Shown: positions 18,938 through 29,119, counted from the stretch's first letter. The stretch: DNA of 64,000 nt from Candidatus Saccharimonadia bacterium (GCA_038244585.1 JBBRTI010000002.1:258-64257), one strand, 5' to 3'. Numbers and translations: made by a program. The notes: generated by a model from the sequence alone, not told the origin.

Positions 18938-19740
18938 CTACGGCCACCGAGGTCAAAGCTCCGCCAGAGCCGCTCGTGGGCCAATCGTCGCATCTTGTGA
19001 CCGTTATACTGTGCGGCGTGGTCATGATTCCTTTTGTCCTTGGGCAATCAAGCATATTGCCTCTCGGCTCTATCCAGAACCTGACGCTGAGCTCGCTGGC
19101 GGAAGGACCGCTGGCGGCCCTAATTAAGGCGCAAGCGGAAATTCCGGGAATCGCTCCTAAAAACCCCGTCGCACCCAAAGCTAATGGCCAAGGCGTCAAA
19201 GCCCAGGGTGTGACAGGGGCTAGCCTGATTGCTAATGGCACGGTCAAGACGACGACCGGTGTAGGGTGTAACCCAGCTCCGGATCTGGCATCTAACCAGC
19301 TATATAGCCAGGCAATCGATTGGCTGGTTGAGATGAATCAGGCAGGGTTTACTGTTCGTGTGAGCTGTGTCCGATCGGGGCACAGCCGAAACGTCCATAA
19401 CTCTGACAATATCTCACTCCATACCGTCTGGCGGGCGTTCGACGTTGACCAAGTCAATGGTCAGCCCGTTTGCGCCCGCTACGACAGAAACAGTTGGTGT
19501 TTGGAGGTTCCTACTCCAACGCGTCAGCTGATGACCTGGATCAAAGACAGGCCAAATTCTCAACTGCCGTTCGAAATCGGCGGACCGCACTTCTTTCCGC
19601 CAGGGTCGCGTGGCAAGTCCGCCGGCCCCGGTCGAATTCGCGGTGGTCCCTTCTTTACTAACCATGACCATGAGGATCATCTACATTTCGGCTTTAAGCC
19701 ACGCGATAACCAAGCGCCGGCTGGCGGCTGGATGAGCTGA
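18934..19740 (+). CDS. Membrane-anchored Zn peptidase-like protein (M15/Hedgehog-type motifs)
   Basis: SLH....AFD and HEDHLH; N-terminus similar to the upstream SLT. Confidence 0.65.
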   Translation: MTTATEVKAPPEPLVGQSSHLVTVILCGVVMIPFVLGQSSILPLGSIQNLTLSSLAEGPLAALIKAQAEIPGIAPKNPVAPKANGQGVKAQGVTGASLIANGTVKTTTGVGCNPAPDLASNQLYSQAIDWLVEMNQAGFTVRVSCVRSGHSRNVHNSDNISLHTVWRAFDVDQVNGQPVCARYDRNSWCLEVPTPTRQLMTWIKDRPNSQLPFEIGGPHFFPPGSRGKSAGPGRIRGGPFFTNHDHEDHLHFGFKPRDNQAPAGGWMS

Positions 19741-19756
19741 GTCTCGGTTCTGCTCT

Positions 19757-19790
19757 TGACCCGCCCGGTATATCCGGGCGGGTCATTTTT
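19757..19790 (+). terminator. Intrinsic terminator
   Basis: tgacccgcccgg-tatat-ccgggcgggtca-ttttt. Confidence 0.85.
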
Positions 19791-19912
19791 CTTATATTGC
19801 CTACTTTGCGGAATAATGATGAAGCTATAGCGTACGTTTGTGTTGGTGCACAAATATGGGTTTATACAAATGGCCAAAAGTTATTACTTGAAACGCAAAA
19901 AAAATGTGATTC

Positions 19913-19941
19913 TTGACATACAAGAACAATGACCCTAAAAT
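19913..19941 (+). promoter_or_regulatory. Sigma70-like promoter
   Basis: TTGACA-17-TAAAAT upstream of 20108. Confidence 0.65.
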
Positions 19942-20107
19942 AGACAAAACAAACAGAGGTGGAACTTGTAGAAAACTGCCTCTCGGAAATCTGTTTCCGG
20001 AAGACAGGTTTCAGCAAGTTCGTTTCAGTATAGTTGTTGAGGCCATGTACCTTGAATCGTAATACTCATCAATCCCTCTATGACTGAACCCGCGAAAGGG
20101 GACACTC

Positions 20108-22324
20108 ATGTCAGGCAACGACGTTGCGCATCGCAGTGGCAACACAGGAGGTTCCGTGTCCCGCGCGAGCGGATCCGACCCGGCCCATACACCCCGCCAG
20201 GATCTGGCGGATTTTTCGAGTCTCAGGAAGGGCGGCTTCGGTTCGGCACTCATGCGCCTGTTCAAATCTGAGCCGGTACCAACGACCGACACGTCCGCTG
20301 CAAGGCTGGCGCTCAATTTGAACGAACCGCTGAAGGTACTGGTCTTTGGGCTCAACCCCACAGACTGTACCAACACCCTGAGGATCCTCTCTCTGATCAT
20401 GGCGGCCAGACGCCGCACTTTGGTCGTGGCGGCCGACATGAAGGCCAACCGTGGATCACTCGTCTCTTTCTTCCCACAGATGAAAGCTCACAGTTTGAAT
20501 GTTGCGCACCTTGCCGACGGCATCCGCAACAGTCTCGACGGTCCCATAAATCGGGCACTGTCGCTGAGCGAGCTGAGCAGCTACGGAACTGTCCTTCCGA
20601 ATCTTCTGCTTTTGGCAGGAATCGAAAGTGACGACTTTGGCGTTGCTCTGTCTCCTCAGCAGATTGACGACATCATGATGAACTCCGGCCTCATTGCCGA
20701 CCACATCATCGGTGACGGCGGCTCCATCGTGGACTCAACGTTTTTCCAGCTCACTCAGCGTTTCGATCACCTGGTGCTCGCGACAGATCTGTCGGCGCCC
20801 TCCGGCAATGCAACGATTGACACGTTCAAGCGTCTTCACGACGGCTTGAATAACAGGTTGTATGGGCCTCAAGCGTCGACAGTGACTAGGGAAGACGCAG
20901 CGAAAATCGAGCACACCAAGCGGCTCATCCAAGAGGCTCGCCTTGTGACCTACTTCAAGAACAGCGATACGGCTCATCGGCCTGATGATGTCACCAAACT
21001 CCTCGCGACTACCTGGGCAAAGGCCTTCGGCGTGAGTGGTACGGAGGTATACGGAGTCAACGACGACAAGCACTTGGCTGACATACCGCTCGACTTGAGC
21101 AAGGCGCCCGGCGCCATGAATGTTTTTCAAGGTTTGGCAGCCGACCTGGTCTATAGTGCCTTCCTCGAGCAGAACAATGGACTCAGCCCGTTCACCGAGG
21201 CAGTTCCGACATTGTCGGAGCAACCTCATTTTTCGCAGGTTCGCTCGTTGAGAGCTTACACTGTGCAGCCGGACGCGCCTGAGGTCCATGAACCTCTCGA
21301 ACCAAGGCGTTACAACGGCAACCGAATTACCGTCGTAAGGCGGGCGGTGACAGCTACTATCGCCGTTACGGCAACAGGTCTGAGTATAGGTTTGCCTGCT
21401 ACAAACGCCTACGCCGATGGAAACTCTTCATCGACCCCGTCAGTGTCGGAAGGCTCAGACGGAAATGATTCCGCCGGTATGGTCTCCGTCCCTCCGTCGG
21501 AAGCGCCTCAAGCGAAACAGGCAAAAGCGCATGTTCCGTCAAATGACGCCGGTAGTCCATCGCTGTCGGCGTCCGATCAATCGGGCACGGACAGTTCCCA
21601 AGGCAGCGTCCAGCTGCCCGCGGGCGACGCGCCAGGCGCCGCTCCGGCGACGCCGGCTGAGGCAACACGGCACATCGAGTCAAAGGTCAACACGTTGCCA
21701 CCGCAGGATTCCAAACCTGCGGCCGACGTACCTAAGGTCGAAGTGCCCGCATCGTTGCCCCAAGATGTGACGCCTTCGCAAGCTCAAGCCGTCGAGCCGC
21801 CAGCAGTGGCAGCCGCGCCGGTGCCACAGGCCGAATCACATGCTCCCCGGGCGTATGTGCAGACTGTACAGCCTCCGGCCAGCGTCGATCGGCACGCCAA
21901 CATGGTTCGAGAGGTTGAGACGCAGGCGTCCCCCAGAGCGGCAGCTCAAGCTCCGCAACAGGTCACGAATGCAGCAAAGCCGGCTGTTATGCCCGCCGCA
22001 CCGCACGTCAGTACGACGTCGGTGCCAAGCACCAGCACCAGCCACTCGGCTTCCGTTGCCACGACACCTTCGGTTTCCGCTGCTCCTGACTTGTCAGTCA
22101 ACGGCCCGATCGTCGGTACGGTGTTCGTCACCACGGGTGACAGTCTCTGGCTGATTGCCACCAAGGCTTTGCGTACCCATCTGGGCCGCGAGCCGTTGAA
22201 CGGCGAAATTGCTGAGTATTGGCGCATGATTTACGCGGTTGTCGCTAACCATAAGGTTATCGGCAGCGACCCCGACCTGATTCGACCAGGTCAGGAGCTC
22301 GTTCTCCCGCAATTCGGTCGTTAA
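20108..22324 (+). CDS. Degenerate MinD/ParA-like domain + TM + Pro/Ala linker + LysM-like domain
   Basis: ADMKANRGSL, IIGDGG, DHLVL, DDKHLA; C-terminal GDSLW.IA...VIGSDPDLIRPGQEL.LP. Confidence 0.7.
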   Translation: MSGNDVAHRSGNTGGSVSRASGSDPAHTPRQDLADFSSLRKGGFGSALMRLFKSEPVPTTDTSAARLALNLNEPLKVLVFGLNPTDCTNTLRILSLIMAARRRTLVVAADMKANRGSLVSFFPQMKAHSLNVAHLADGIRNSLDGPINRALSLSELSSYGTVLPNLLLLAGIESDDFGVALSPQQIDDIMMNSGLIADHIIGDGGSIVDSTFFQLTQRFDHLVLATDLSAPSGNATIDTFKRLHDGLNNRLYGPQASTVTREDAAKIEHTKRLIQEARLVTYFKNSDTAHRPDDVTKLLATTWAKAFGVSGTEVYGVNDDKHLADIPLDLSKAPGAMNVFQGLAADLVYSAFLEQNNGLSPFTEAVPTLSEQPHFSQVRSLRAYTVQPDAPEVHEPLEPRRYNGNRITVVRRAVTATIAVTATGLSIGLPATNAYADGNSSSTPSVSEGSDGNDSAGMVSVPPSEAPQAKQAKAHVPSNDAGSPSLSASDQSGTDSSQGSVQLPAGDAPGAAPATPAEATRHIESKVNTLPPQDSKPAADVPKVEVPASLPQDVTPSQAQAVEPPAVAAAPVPQAESHAPRAYVQTVQPPASVDRHANMVREVETQASPRAAAQAPQQVTNAAKPAVMPAAPHVSTTSVPSTSTSHSASVATTPSVSAAPDLSVNGPIVGTVFVTTGDSLWLIATKALRTHLGREPLNGEIAEYWRMIYAVVANHKVIGSDPDLIRPGQELVLPQFGR

Positions 22325-22332
22325 GACCGTAC

Positions 22333-22371
22333 GTATTCACCCCGGGGCCGTGACGGCCCTGGGGTGAATAC
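22333..22371 (+). terminator. Long hairpin
   Basis: gtattcaccccggggccg-tga-cggccctggggtgaatac. Confidence 0.7.
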
Positions 22372-22500
22372 ACCAACATTACCCGACTCAAGTATCGACT
22401 GATTTTTGAGCCGGGCCGTGTTACAGATAGCCGGCCGGCCCGCGGGAGGTTTCCCGCAAGTTCTTTGCCAATTGAATCGATACACAATTCGGAGGTTCTA

Positions 22501-23559
22501 ATGAGTTCGCTCATAGCTCGCGTGCTTCATGGGCCGCCTCAGGCGACTCAAGATGAACTGATTCACAAGGCCATAACGGCGGCCGCTCAGGCACCACTAG
22601 ACCAATACGAAGACGAAGCGAAAGGTCATTTCACCGCTCTCAGGTATAACAACCGCTTTATGAAGGGTCTGTTCTTCACTCTGGGACTCGTCGTTGCCAC
22701 CGCAGCATCCGCAGCCTACATGAACAGCGTAGGTAACAGTGTCACGGCATACCGCACGGACACTAGCCACGATATCAGCGGCTTGCGTACGGACTTTAAC
22801 CAGTTCAGCGCCAGCTGCGCGGGCACCGGATCATGCAAGACATTCCCATTTAACCGCGCCTCTCAACTAGCTAACCTTTATGCCTTTGAATGCTTTACCT
22901 ATTCCGCTCAAAGCGACTCAGGTGAGCAGTCAAAGCGGCTGAAAAATGTCGCAGGCAGTAATGGGTCATGCGGCTGGGTAGGCCAAGGCAATGCGACGCC
23001 GGCGCTGATTCAGGTTAACAGCCCGTATCAGCTCAACGTCCCAACGCCTGATGGTGCCAAAGAAGACCCAAGTTTGGGATTGGCCGGAGTGCAGATTGCG
23101 CTTAGCGGTCAGTCGGATGTGATGAACTTCGTGGTGCCGGTTTCGGCTACTTCAAAGGGGGTTAACATCGCGGCCCGGGGTGCCCTTTATACCTCGCCGC
23201 CAAACACGATAGTTCGCAGTTGTCAGCCCGATGCGCTATTTAGCTCAACGACTGATATCCAGACACGCCTTCAACGAATGGAGACGGGTCGGGCAAACTC
23301 ATCGGACACAGACCCTAGCGATTACCTTATGCCAGGGAAGAACATCGGCCGTTTCGGCCCTAGTATCACGCGTATTACGGTTCAGGATGTAACCGTGTGT
23401 CAGGGACAGTCGGACGTCATGCGCAACGTAGTTGCGCATGAGCGGTTCGCCGGCCCCACACCGGGAAGCAGCTTTGACTTCACCTACGCCTACGTGATGC
23501 AAAAGACCGACAAATGGTACGTCCAAAGCTGGGGCCCCGTCCTGGGGCAAGACCAGTGA
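22501..23559 (+). CDS. TcpC/VirB8-like conjugation-type protein
   Basis: GGAGG RBS before ATG 22501; single TM and two extracellular domains ending ...KWYV; position upstream of TcpE-like and VirB4 genes. Confidence 0.6.
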   Translation: MSSLIARVLHGPPQATQDELIHKAITAAAQAPLDQYEDEAKGHFTALRYNNRFMKGLFFTLGLVVATAASAAYMNSVGNSVTAYRTDTSHDISGLRTDFNQFSASCAGTGSCKTFPFNRASQLANLYAFECFTYSAQSDSGEQSKRLKNVAGSNGSCGWVGQGNATPALIQVNSPYQLNVPTPDGAKEDPSLGLAGVQIALSGQSDVMNFVVPVSATSKGVNIAARGALYTSPPNTIVRSCQPDALFSSTTDIQTRLQRMETGRANSSDTDPSDYLMPGKNIGRFGPSITRITVQDVTVCQGQSDVMRNVVAHERFAGPTPGSSFDFTYAYVMQKTDKWYVQSWGPVLGQDQ

Positions 23560-23577
23560 CATCCCACATGAAGCGAG

Positions 23578-24024
23578 GTGAATACCATGGCGCAAAACGG
23601 TGCCGGCAGTGAGACGGAGATAAATCCGCACACCGATGGCTACGTCTTTACTGATCACAGCTTTAAGGAGCCGCGTGATCTCGTATTTTGGGGCGGCGGC
23701 TTTACGAAGCTTCAACAGGCCGTCTTCGGCGGCACGGTGTTTTTCAGCGTCTTCGTGCCCTGTCTGCTTGGATTCCTAGTATGGAACTATTTCTATCTGG
23801 GGGTCGCGCTCACGATGCCATTGGGCATCTTCTTCGGGTACCAAGCACTAAAGGCCGTTGATCCGCCACTCCGGTTCATGAACACGCAATGGCAGCATCT
23901 TGTTGCCACCCTGCGCTACCGGCGTCAACCAGAAGCCATCGTTGATGGTCGCGCCTATACCCCTGGAGCAACTATCCGCACGGCCATCCTGTTCGTCCAA
24001 TCGAGTAAAGGAGTGAGGCAATAA
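23578..24024 (+). CDS. TcpE/PrgI (VirB3-like) two-TM protein
   Basis: Two TMs, then RQP...DG; directly upstream of and overlapping VirB4. Confidence 0.65.
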   Translation: MNTMAQNGAGSETEINPHTDGYVFTDHSFKEPRDLVFWGGGFTKLQQAVFGGTVFFSVFVPCLLGFLVWNYFYLGVALTMPLGIFFGYQALKAVDPPLRFMNTQWQHLVATLRYRRQPEAIVDGRAYTPGATIRTAILFVQSSKGVRQ

Positions 24025-26609
24025 TGTCTCTGTTCACACTGCGGCAACAGCCGCACACCTTCACGGATCAGTTTACCAAGCCGACACGGCGAATGCGTGC
24101 GCAGGCGAAGTACGCAGATCTGAACGCCGTATCTCCCGCCTCTGACATCGACGGCAGTTTTGTAAAATCGACTGAGGACAAGGTATGGGAGGTCTGGGTT
24201 CGTGTGAATCTCGTCCATGCCATTGACAACCTCAGCGACTCAGACCTCGACGACGTCTACGCCAACCATATCCGCATCCTTGATCCGCTTCGGGGCTGTG
24301 ACATCCACTTGGAAGTCCTGCCGGTTCCGGTTGGATTCGACGAACGCTACGCGCGTTTTCGCCGTTTTGAGCTGGATCCGACAAACCCGGTACGTGATGA
24401 CCCAGCATGGCAGTCCATGCGGCATGATCGCGTGGCGGACATGGCTGCCTGGCTTCAGGACGCCAACGGCGACTATGAATCCCGGGCTTATCTGGGCATC
24501 CGGCTTTACGGGGCAAAACCCGACCCGAGCCTGAGCGTTGATTCGTTCTGGCAGATGTCGCTGGAAAAGCGGTTCTATCTTGAGGATCCCGACAACCGTT
24601 GGCTCATCAAGCCGGCGGCCGAGGTTCTCAACCGCCTAGCGCCCGCTTGGGGCGAAGGAGTACAGCCCGTCTCTAGGGACGAGTTGGACCTGATCCTGTC
24701 ACTCACCAACTGGCCTGGCCAGGTTGACGTCCAGCGGCCAAAGCGGCTCGCCGGCATCCACGAAGGCGAGCGCAAAGAACTGGCGTTCTATGGGCGTAGC
24801 GTCTACACGGACGTAGCCCCCGGCACCCTACGGTTCGACCGGTACGGCCAGAAGTCGTACGCGTCATTCCTGCCGATTGCCCGTATCCCTCACATCGCTC
24901 GATTTGTTGCCAAGCAAAGCAAGGATTACTCCTTTCTCACGACAAGTTCCGGCCGCCGGATCAGAATCAGCTGGCGCTTTACCTACACCTCGAACAAGGC
25001 CCTCATCGAGAGGGCCCGGCTCAGCATGGTAAAGGCTCAGCATGACGCCGAGTACCTGGATACGCATGAGGGCCAGGCCAGCGACAGGAAGAACAATATC
25101 GAAATCGCATCGACCTTTTACGAGTATTTGCGTGACGGAGGCTACGTCCTCGTCGGCATACCGCTGGTAGTAATTACCGGCGACACGTTAGAGGAGGTTG
25201 AGATTGAGCGCAACAGCCAAATGGCCATGTTGGGCAGGGACGCTGAGCTTTTCATCGACCCTCGGTATCAGATGATCTTCTACGAGCTTAGCAGGCCCGG
25301 CGCGCGTTTAAACTGTGCGGCGTACGTTCAGTACGTCTCGCCTCAGACGTTTGCTCGCGGCATGCCGTTCGTGACGTCGGCGCTCAGCATCCAAGGTCCG
25401 GATCTGTTGGGCTGGGTCAAAGGCCGGGAGCTCGTGCCCTATACGGGCGCTCTCGACCTATCGACTCTGCTCCCCGGACTTAACACTGCACCGGTCGCAA
25501 TTTATAGCGGCAACTCGGGCGGTGGCAAAACCACCACTATCATCAACGATTTGGTGGCTGCCATCGAACGAGGCGGGTACGTCGGGTTCCTCTACGAGTT
25601 GCTCAAGCAGGACTCACGCAACCTCCTGGGCCCCGATTTCAACGGCATCAAAGTGAGATACTGGGAGCTGGACAGCCAGCCCGGTTTGCTCAACCCGGCG
25701 GGACTAGCCCCGACACCAGCACAACGCGTAGACCTTGTATCAAGGTTCCTGCGTAACTGCTGCGGTAACCAGTGGAACGCAGAATGGCTGCCCGACCTTC
25801 GGGACGCCGTTAAAGACGCCCTGGTCGAAGCTGACAAGAGTGGAAAGCCGAAGCCCGATCTGTTCCGGGTGTTGGATTTCCTGATTGATCCCGAGAAGAA
25901 ATACAGCAACGGCAGGGCCATCGAATCCATTCTGGCGGAGCTGCGCGGAGATACCGTCGTCGCCCCGATCTTCTTCTCGGACCATCATGATTCGGATCTG
26001 ATTGCGTCAATGAGCCAACCTGGCTTGAACGTGATCATGCAGAAGAACTTTGATATCCCGAAGAACATGACCGAAGATAAGTACACCGTCGACAATTGGC
26101 TGGCGCTGGCCGGTTTGGACCTCTCGACAATGCTCGCTCACAAGGTGGCATTCGACAAGAACGTTCGCACCATAATCGGCACCGTGGAATTCCACCAGTC
26201 GTCCAGCCTACCGACCACCCAGTCGATGGTCGATGGCCTCGCCCGCACCGGGCGAAGCGAGAAGACGGTCACGGCTTACGACAGCCAACTCTGGGGCGAT
26301 ATGCCTGACTCGTTGAGGGAACAGGCAACGACGAAACTCGGCTTCCAGCCGGAAGGCGAGGGAGAAGCCAAGCTACTGCTCAAAGAGATGGGCCTGGATG
26401 CTGATGACCTACGAAACCTTCGTGACGTCATGAACATGGCAAACGCCAAGAACGCTCAGAGCGATGAACTCAAGGGCACCGCCATGGTACGACTGCCCAA
26501 CCGGGAAGTCGCCAGGGTACAGGGCCTTCGCTGGTACGTCGGAACCACTCGGACCACCGACGGCCCAGTTCCAAACAACCCGCAGCACGTCTCGGAAGGA
26601 GACAGATAA
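24024..26609 (+). CDS. virB4: VirB4/TcpF-like ATPase
   Basis: 861 aa; Walker A GNSGGGKTT; PGLLNP; ARTGRS...SQ; atypical Walker B region (IIGTVEFH). Confidence 0.8.
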   Translation: MSLFTLRQQPHTFTDQFTKPTRRMRAQAKYADLNAVSPASDIDGSFVKSTEDKVWEVWVRVNLVHAIDNLSDSDLDDVYANHIRILDPLRGCDIHLEVLPVPVGFDERYARFRRFELDPTNPVRDDPAWQSMRHDRVADMAAWLQDANGDYESRAYLGIRLYGAKPDPSLSVDSFWQMSLEKRFYLEDPDNRWLIKPAAEVLNRLAPAWGEGVQPVSRDELDLILSLTNWPGQVDVQRPKRLAGIHEGERKELAFYGRSVYTDVAPGTLRFDRYGQKSYASFLPIARIPHIARFVAKQSKDYSFLTTSSGRRIRISWRFTYTSNKALIERARLSMVKAQHDAEYLDTHEGQASDRKNNIEIASTFYEYLRDGGYVLVGIPLVVITGDTLEEVEIERNSQMAMLGRDAELFIDPRYQMIFYELSRPGARLNCAAYVQYVSPQTFARGMPFVTSALSIQGPDLLGWVKGRELVPYTGALDLSTLLPGLNTAPVAIYSGNSGGGKTTTIINDLVAAIERGGYVGFLYELLKQDSRNLLGPDFNGIKVRYWELDSQPGLLNPAGLAPTPAQRVDLVSRFLRNCCGNQWNAEWLPDLRDAVKDALVEADKSGKPKPDLFRVLDFLIDPEKKYSNGRAIESILAELRGDTVVAPIFFSDHHDSDLIASMSQPGLNVIMQKNFDIPKNMTEDKYTVDNWLALAGLDLSTMLAHKVAFDKNVRTIIGTVEFHQSSSLPTTQSMVDGLARTGRSEKTVTAYDSQLWGDMPDSLREQATTKLGFQPEGEGEAKLLLKEMGLDADDLRNLRDVMNMANAKNAQSDELKGTAMVRLPNREVARVQGLRWYVGTTRTTDGPVPNNPQHVSEGDR

Positions 26610-26611
26610 TC

Positions 26612-26839
26612 ATGGACATCAAAACTAGCATGCTCGCTGGTGCCGTCCTCTTGCTTATCGCAGGGACACTCATTATCGCCATCAGCGCATACTCGCGTGC
26701 TGCAAAAGGTGACTCGCGCGCAGTGACCGCAATGTTGAAGGACGGAGTTATGATTACCGCTTTCGTCCTCCTCGGCGTCGGATCCGGCCTCACAATAGCA
26801 ATCTTTGCGGTGTTTGACGCCACAAAGATCACGCACTAG
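26612..26839 (+). CDS. Small two-TM protein (VirB2/TcpD-like candidate)
   Basis: AAGGAG RBS; 75 aa; two TMs; follows VirB4. Confidence 0.6.
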   Translation: MDIKTSMLAGAVLLLIAGTLIIAISAYSRAAKGDSRAVTAMLKDGVMITAFVLLGVGSGLTIAIFAVFDATKITH

Positions 26840-26855
26840 CCGTATCGATTCATCT

Positions 26856-26891
26856 GCTCCACCCTCGGTCACAACTGACTGAGGGTGGAGC
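26856..26891 (+). terminator. Hairpin
   Basis: gctccaccctcggtca-caac-tgactgagggtggagc. Confidence 0.65.
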
Positions 26892-27010
26892 CCCAACCAT
26901 AGTCTTCATCGGACGATGACACCTGCGGTTGGGGACATTATCGTTCTCAAAGTACATCGACAATCTACGTTTCATTTTCATCCTACGAGCTCGGTTAGGA
27001 GCTGATCAGC

Positions 27011-29095
27011 ATGAAGTTTATCTTTCTCCGTCGGGCCGTAATGGGTCTGATCACGTGCGCAATTGCCCTTTTGTCAGTTATCGGACCGGCGATGCCGGCA
27101 TCAGCCGCCGTCGACAGTCCGAGCGATTTGACAGTAAAGTCACAGGTCAGCAACCTGTCCCAGGCAACAGTCAGCTGGAAAGCCCCATTAACGGTTAGGC
27201 AGATTACGGCCTACCGCTTGCGGCTCGATGGAACTGCGGTTGCAGAATTCAAGCTAACGAACGGTGAGATCAAGACGTCCTATACTATGGACGCAACACC
27301 TTTGCGTGCGGGCGGCCAGTTGACAGTGTCTGCTGTCTTCGATCTCCTTCAGGAGGGCACTGCCTCTCAGGCAATCACGTTACCGCCAATGCCCACAGGT
27401 GCATTGGTGACAGCTGATCCGGCCGGATCCAAGGATACCTATCAGCCCAACGGATTCGGCGGCAGCATCACAACGCCGCCTTACAAGGATAGTAATCAGC
27501 CGGCTGCCAACGAAGTCTACGGCAACAAGTCGGGTATTCTTCAGCTAATCACTACAGCCGATCCGAAGACAGACTTTGCAGCCTACCACATCAACATGGT
27601 CATATCATGGGTCTGGATGGCAGGCGTTATGCTGTCGCTCTTTGCCATCAGTGCTCTGAGCTGGTCGTTGATAACAAGTGTATATTCCGGTTTGGCTGGA
27701 GCCATCACGATGGTTATTACCAGTTTCGGCGGCAGTTACATGAGGGTGCTTCTCGGGCTTGGAGTAGTCATCTTGACGGCCGGTTACGCCTACTGGATGG
27801 CCCGCAAAGGCACACGGTCAATTTCCAACATGATGAATATGTCCATAGTCGTTTTAGGAGCCTCATTACTGCTGTTTGGCAACTCGACGGCCATAGTACC
27901 TGCGGTAGTCAACTCCCCGCTGGTATTTACTCAGGGGACAATCACCGTCATAAACGGTTGGGTACCCCCGGGCGTAAAAACCGCTGATTACAACCTGAGC
28001 GTCAAACCGACGTTCAATGGCAGTATCCTGGAACAAGGCGTGCGCCGTTACGCCTACGAGAATTGGCTGGAAACGACCTATCCCGGATACTGTGTGATGA
28101 ATTTCGGTGATCTCGCCTGGGCAACAACCACGCGCGTTGTCGATCCCAGTGTGCCAAAGGGCTACAACAATCTCACATTTTGTGAGTACCTGCTCAAGGC
28201 TCAGACTAGTAACAATACGGCTGCCCTCGACAAGCTCCGCAGCTACGACACCCAAGCGGGCTTAGGTGCTCATACGAGTGGCCTCGTTGAGAAGAGCTCC
28301 CAGGAAGCATGGGCCTTCTATCAAGGCACAAGTCCCTCGTCTATGGGTCTGCGGGCTGGCTATTCGGTCGCTCTGCTGGCATCAAGCTTTTTAAATGCGG
28401 TTCTGATCGTTGTAATCGCGCTGCTTGTAGCCTTCTCCGTCATGATGATGGGGTATGGCATGTTGTTGCTTGCCGGCATACTCATTGTGTCGCAGGCGCC
28501 ACCTCTACTGGACTATCTTAAGGACCAGCTCCGCTCGATGTTTGGTCATACCTGGCGGCCAGCGCTTGGTATGGGCTCAATCATGGTTGTCGACCGCATT
28601 ACACGAGTAGTGTTTACTACGACCGGTCCGACGGGCTGGCTTGTAGCAGAAATACTACGAGGTCTGGCCTGCATAATTTTGGTGGCATATGCCTTTCACC
28701 GCTTCCGTGGACATGGACATCGACGGGCTGGTGCTATCTCTGAGCCGGCAACACGGCCTCAGTCAGAGTACCGCGAACCAGTGGTGAATGTGCCAAGGTC
28801 GCCTTCGAACGGTAGTTCTGTCCGACCGGCATTTTCGGCCCCCGCCACGGTTACCCCGCGCCCTGCTATTAGGGCCGGCGCCCTGTCGGGAACGATTGTT
28901 CCAGTCTCTCCAAGCATGATGCGGCCGAGACCGGTTTCACAGCCTCAGGTTATCCGAGGCGAGGTTCTCACCTATGAGGTGGTGCGACCGGAGGTGGTCC
29001 GAAAGGCCCCTCAGGTAACCGGTTCATCAGTTGCAGCGCGAAAGGCCATTACCGGCTCATCGCGCGCCCTGCCTTCGGCACCATCCAGGCGCTGA
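27011..29095 (+). CDS. VirB6/TcpH-like polytopic protein with N-terminal signal peptide and FN3-like domain
   Basis: ASA signal cleavage site; VSWKAP...Y.L; YC..NFG loop; 7-8 TMs; Pro/Arg tail. Confidence 0.7.
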   Translation: MKFIFLRRAVMGLITCAIALLSVIGPAMPASAAVDSPSDLTVKSQVSNLSQATVSWKAPLTVRQITAYRLRLDGTAVAEFKLTNGEIKTSYTMDATPLRAGGQLTVSAVFDLLQEGTASQAITLPPMPTGALVTADPAGSKDTYQPNGFGGSITTPPYKDSNQPAANEVYGNKSGILQLITTADPKTDFAAYHINMVISWVWMAGVMLSLFAISALSWSLITSVYSGLAGAITMVITSFGGSYMRVLLGLGVVILTAGYAYWMARKGTRSISNMMNMSIVVLGASLLLFGNSTAIVPAVVNSPLVFTQGTITVINGWVPPGVKTADYNLSVKPTFNGSILEQGVRRYAYENWLETTYPGYCVMNFGDLAWATTTRVVDPSVPKGYNNLTFCEYLLKAQTSNNTAALDKLRSYDTQAGLGAHTSGLVEKSSQEAWAFYQGTSPSSMGLRAGYSVALLASSFLNAVLIVVIALLVAFSVMMMGYGMLLLAGILIVSQAPPLLDYLKDQLRSMFGHTWRPALGMGSIMVVDRITRVVFTTTGPTGWLVAEILRGLACIILVAYAFHRFRGHGHRRAGAISEPATRPQSEYREPVVNVPRSPSNGSSVRPAFSAPATVTPRPAIRAGALSGTIVPVSPSMMRPRPVSQPQVIRGEVLTYEVVRPEVVRKAPQVTGSSVAARKAITGSSRALPSAPSRR

Positions 29096-29119
29096 ACGTT
29101 GCTTGAAAATCCAACGTAT

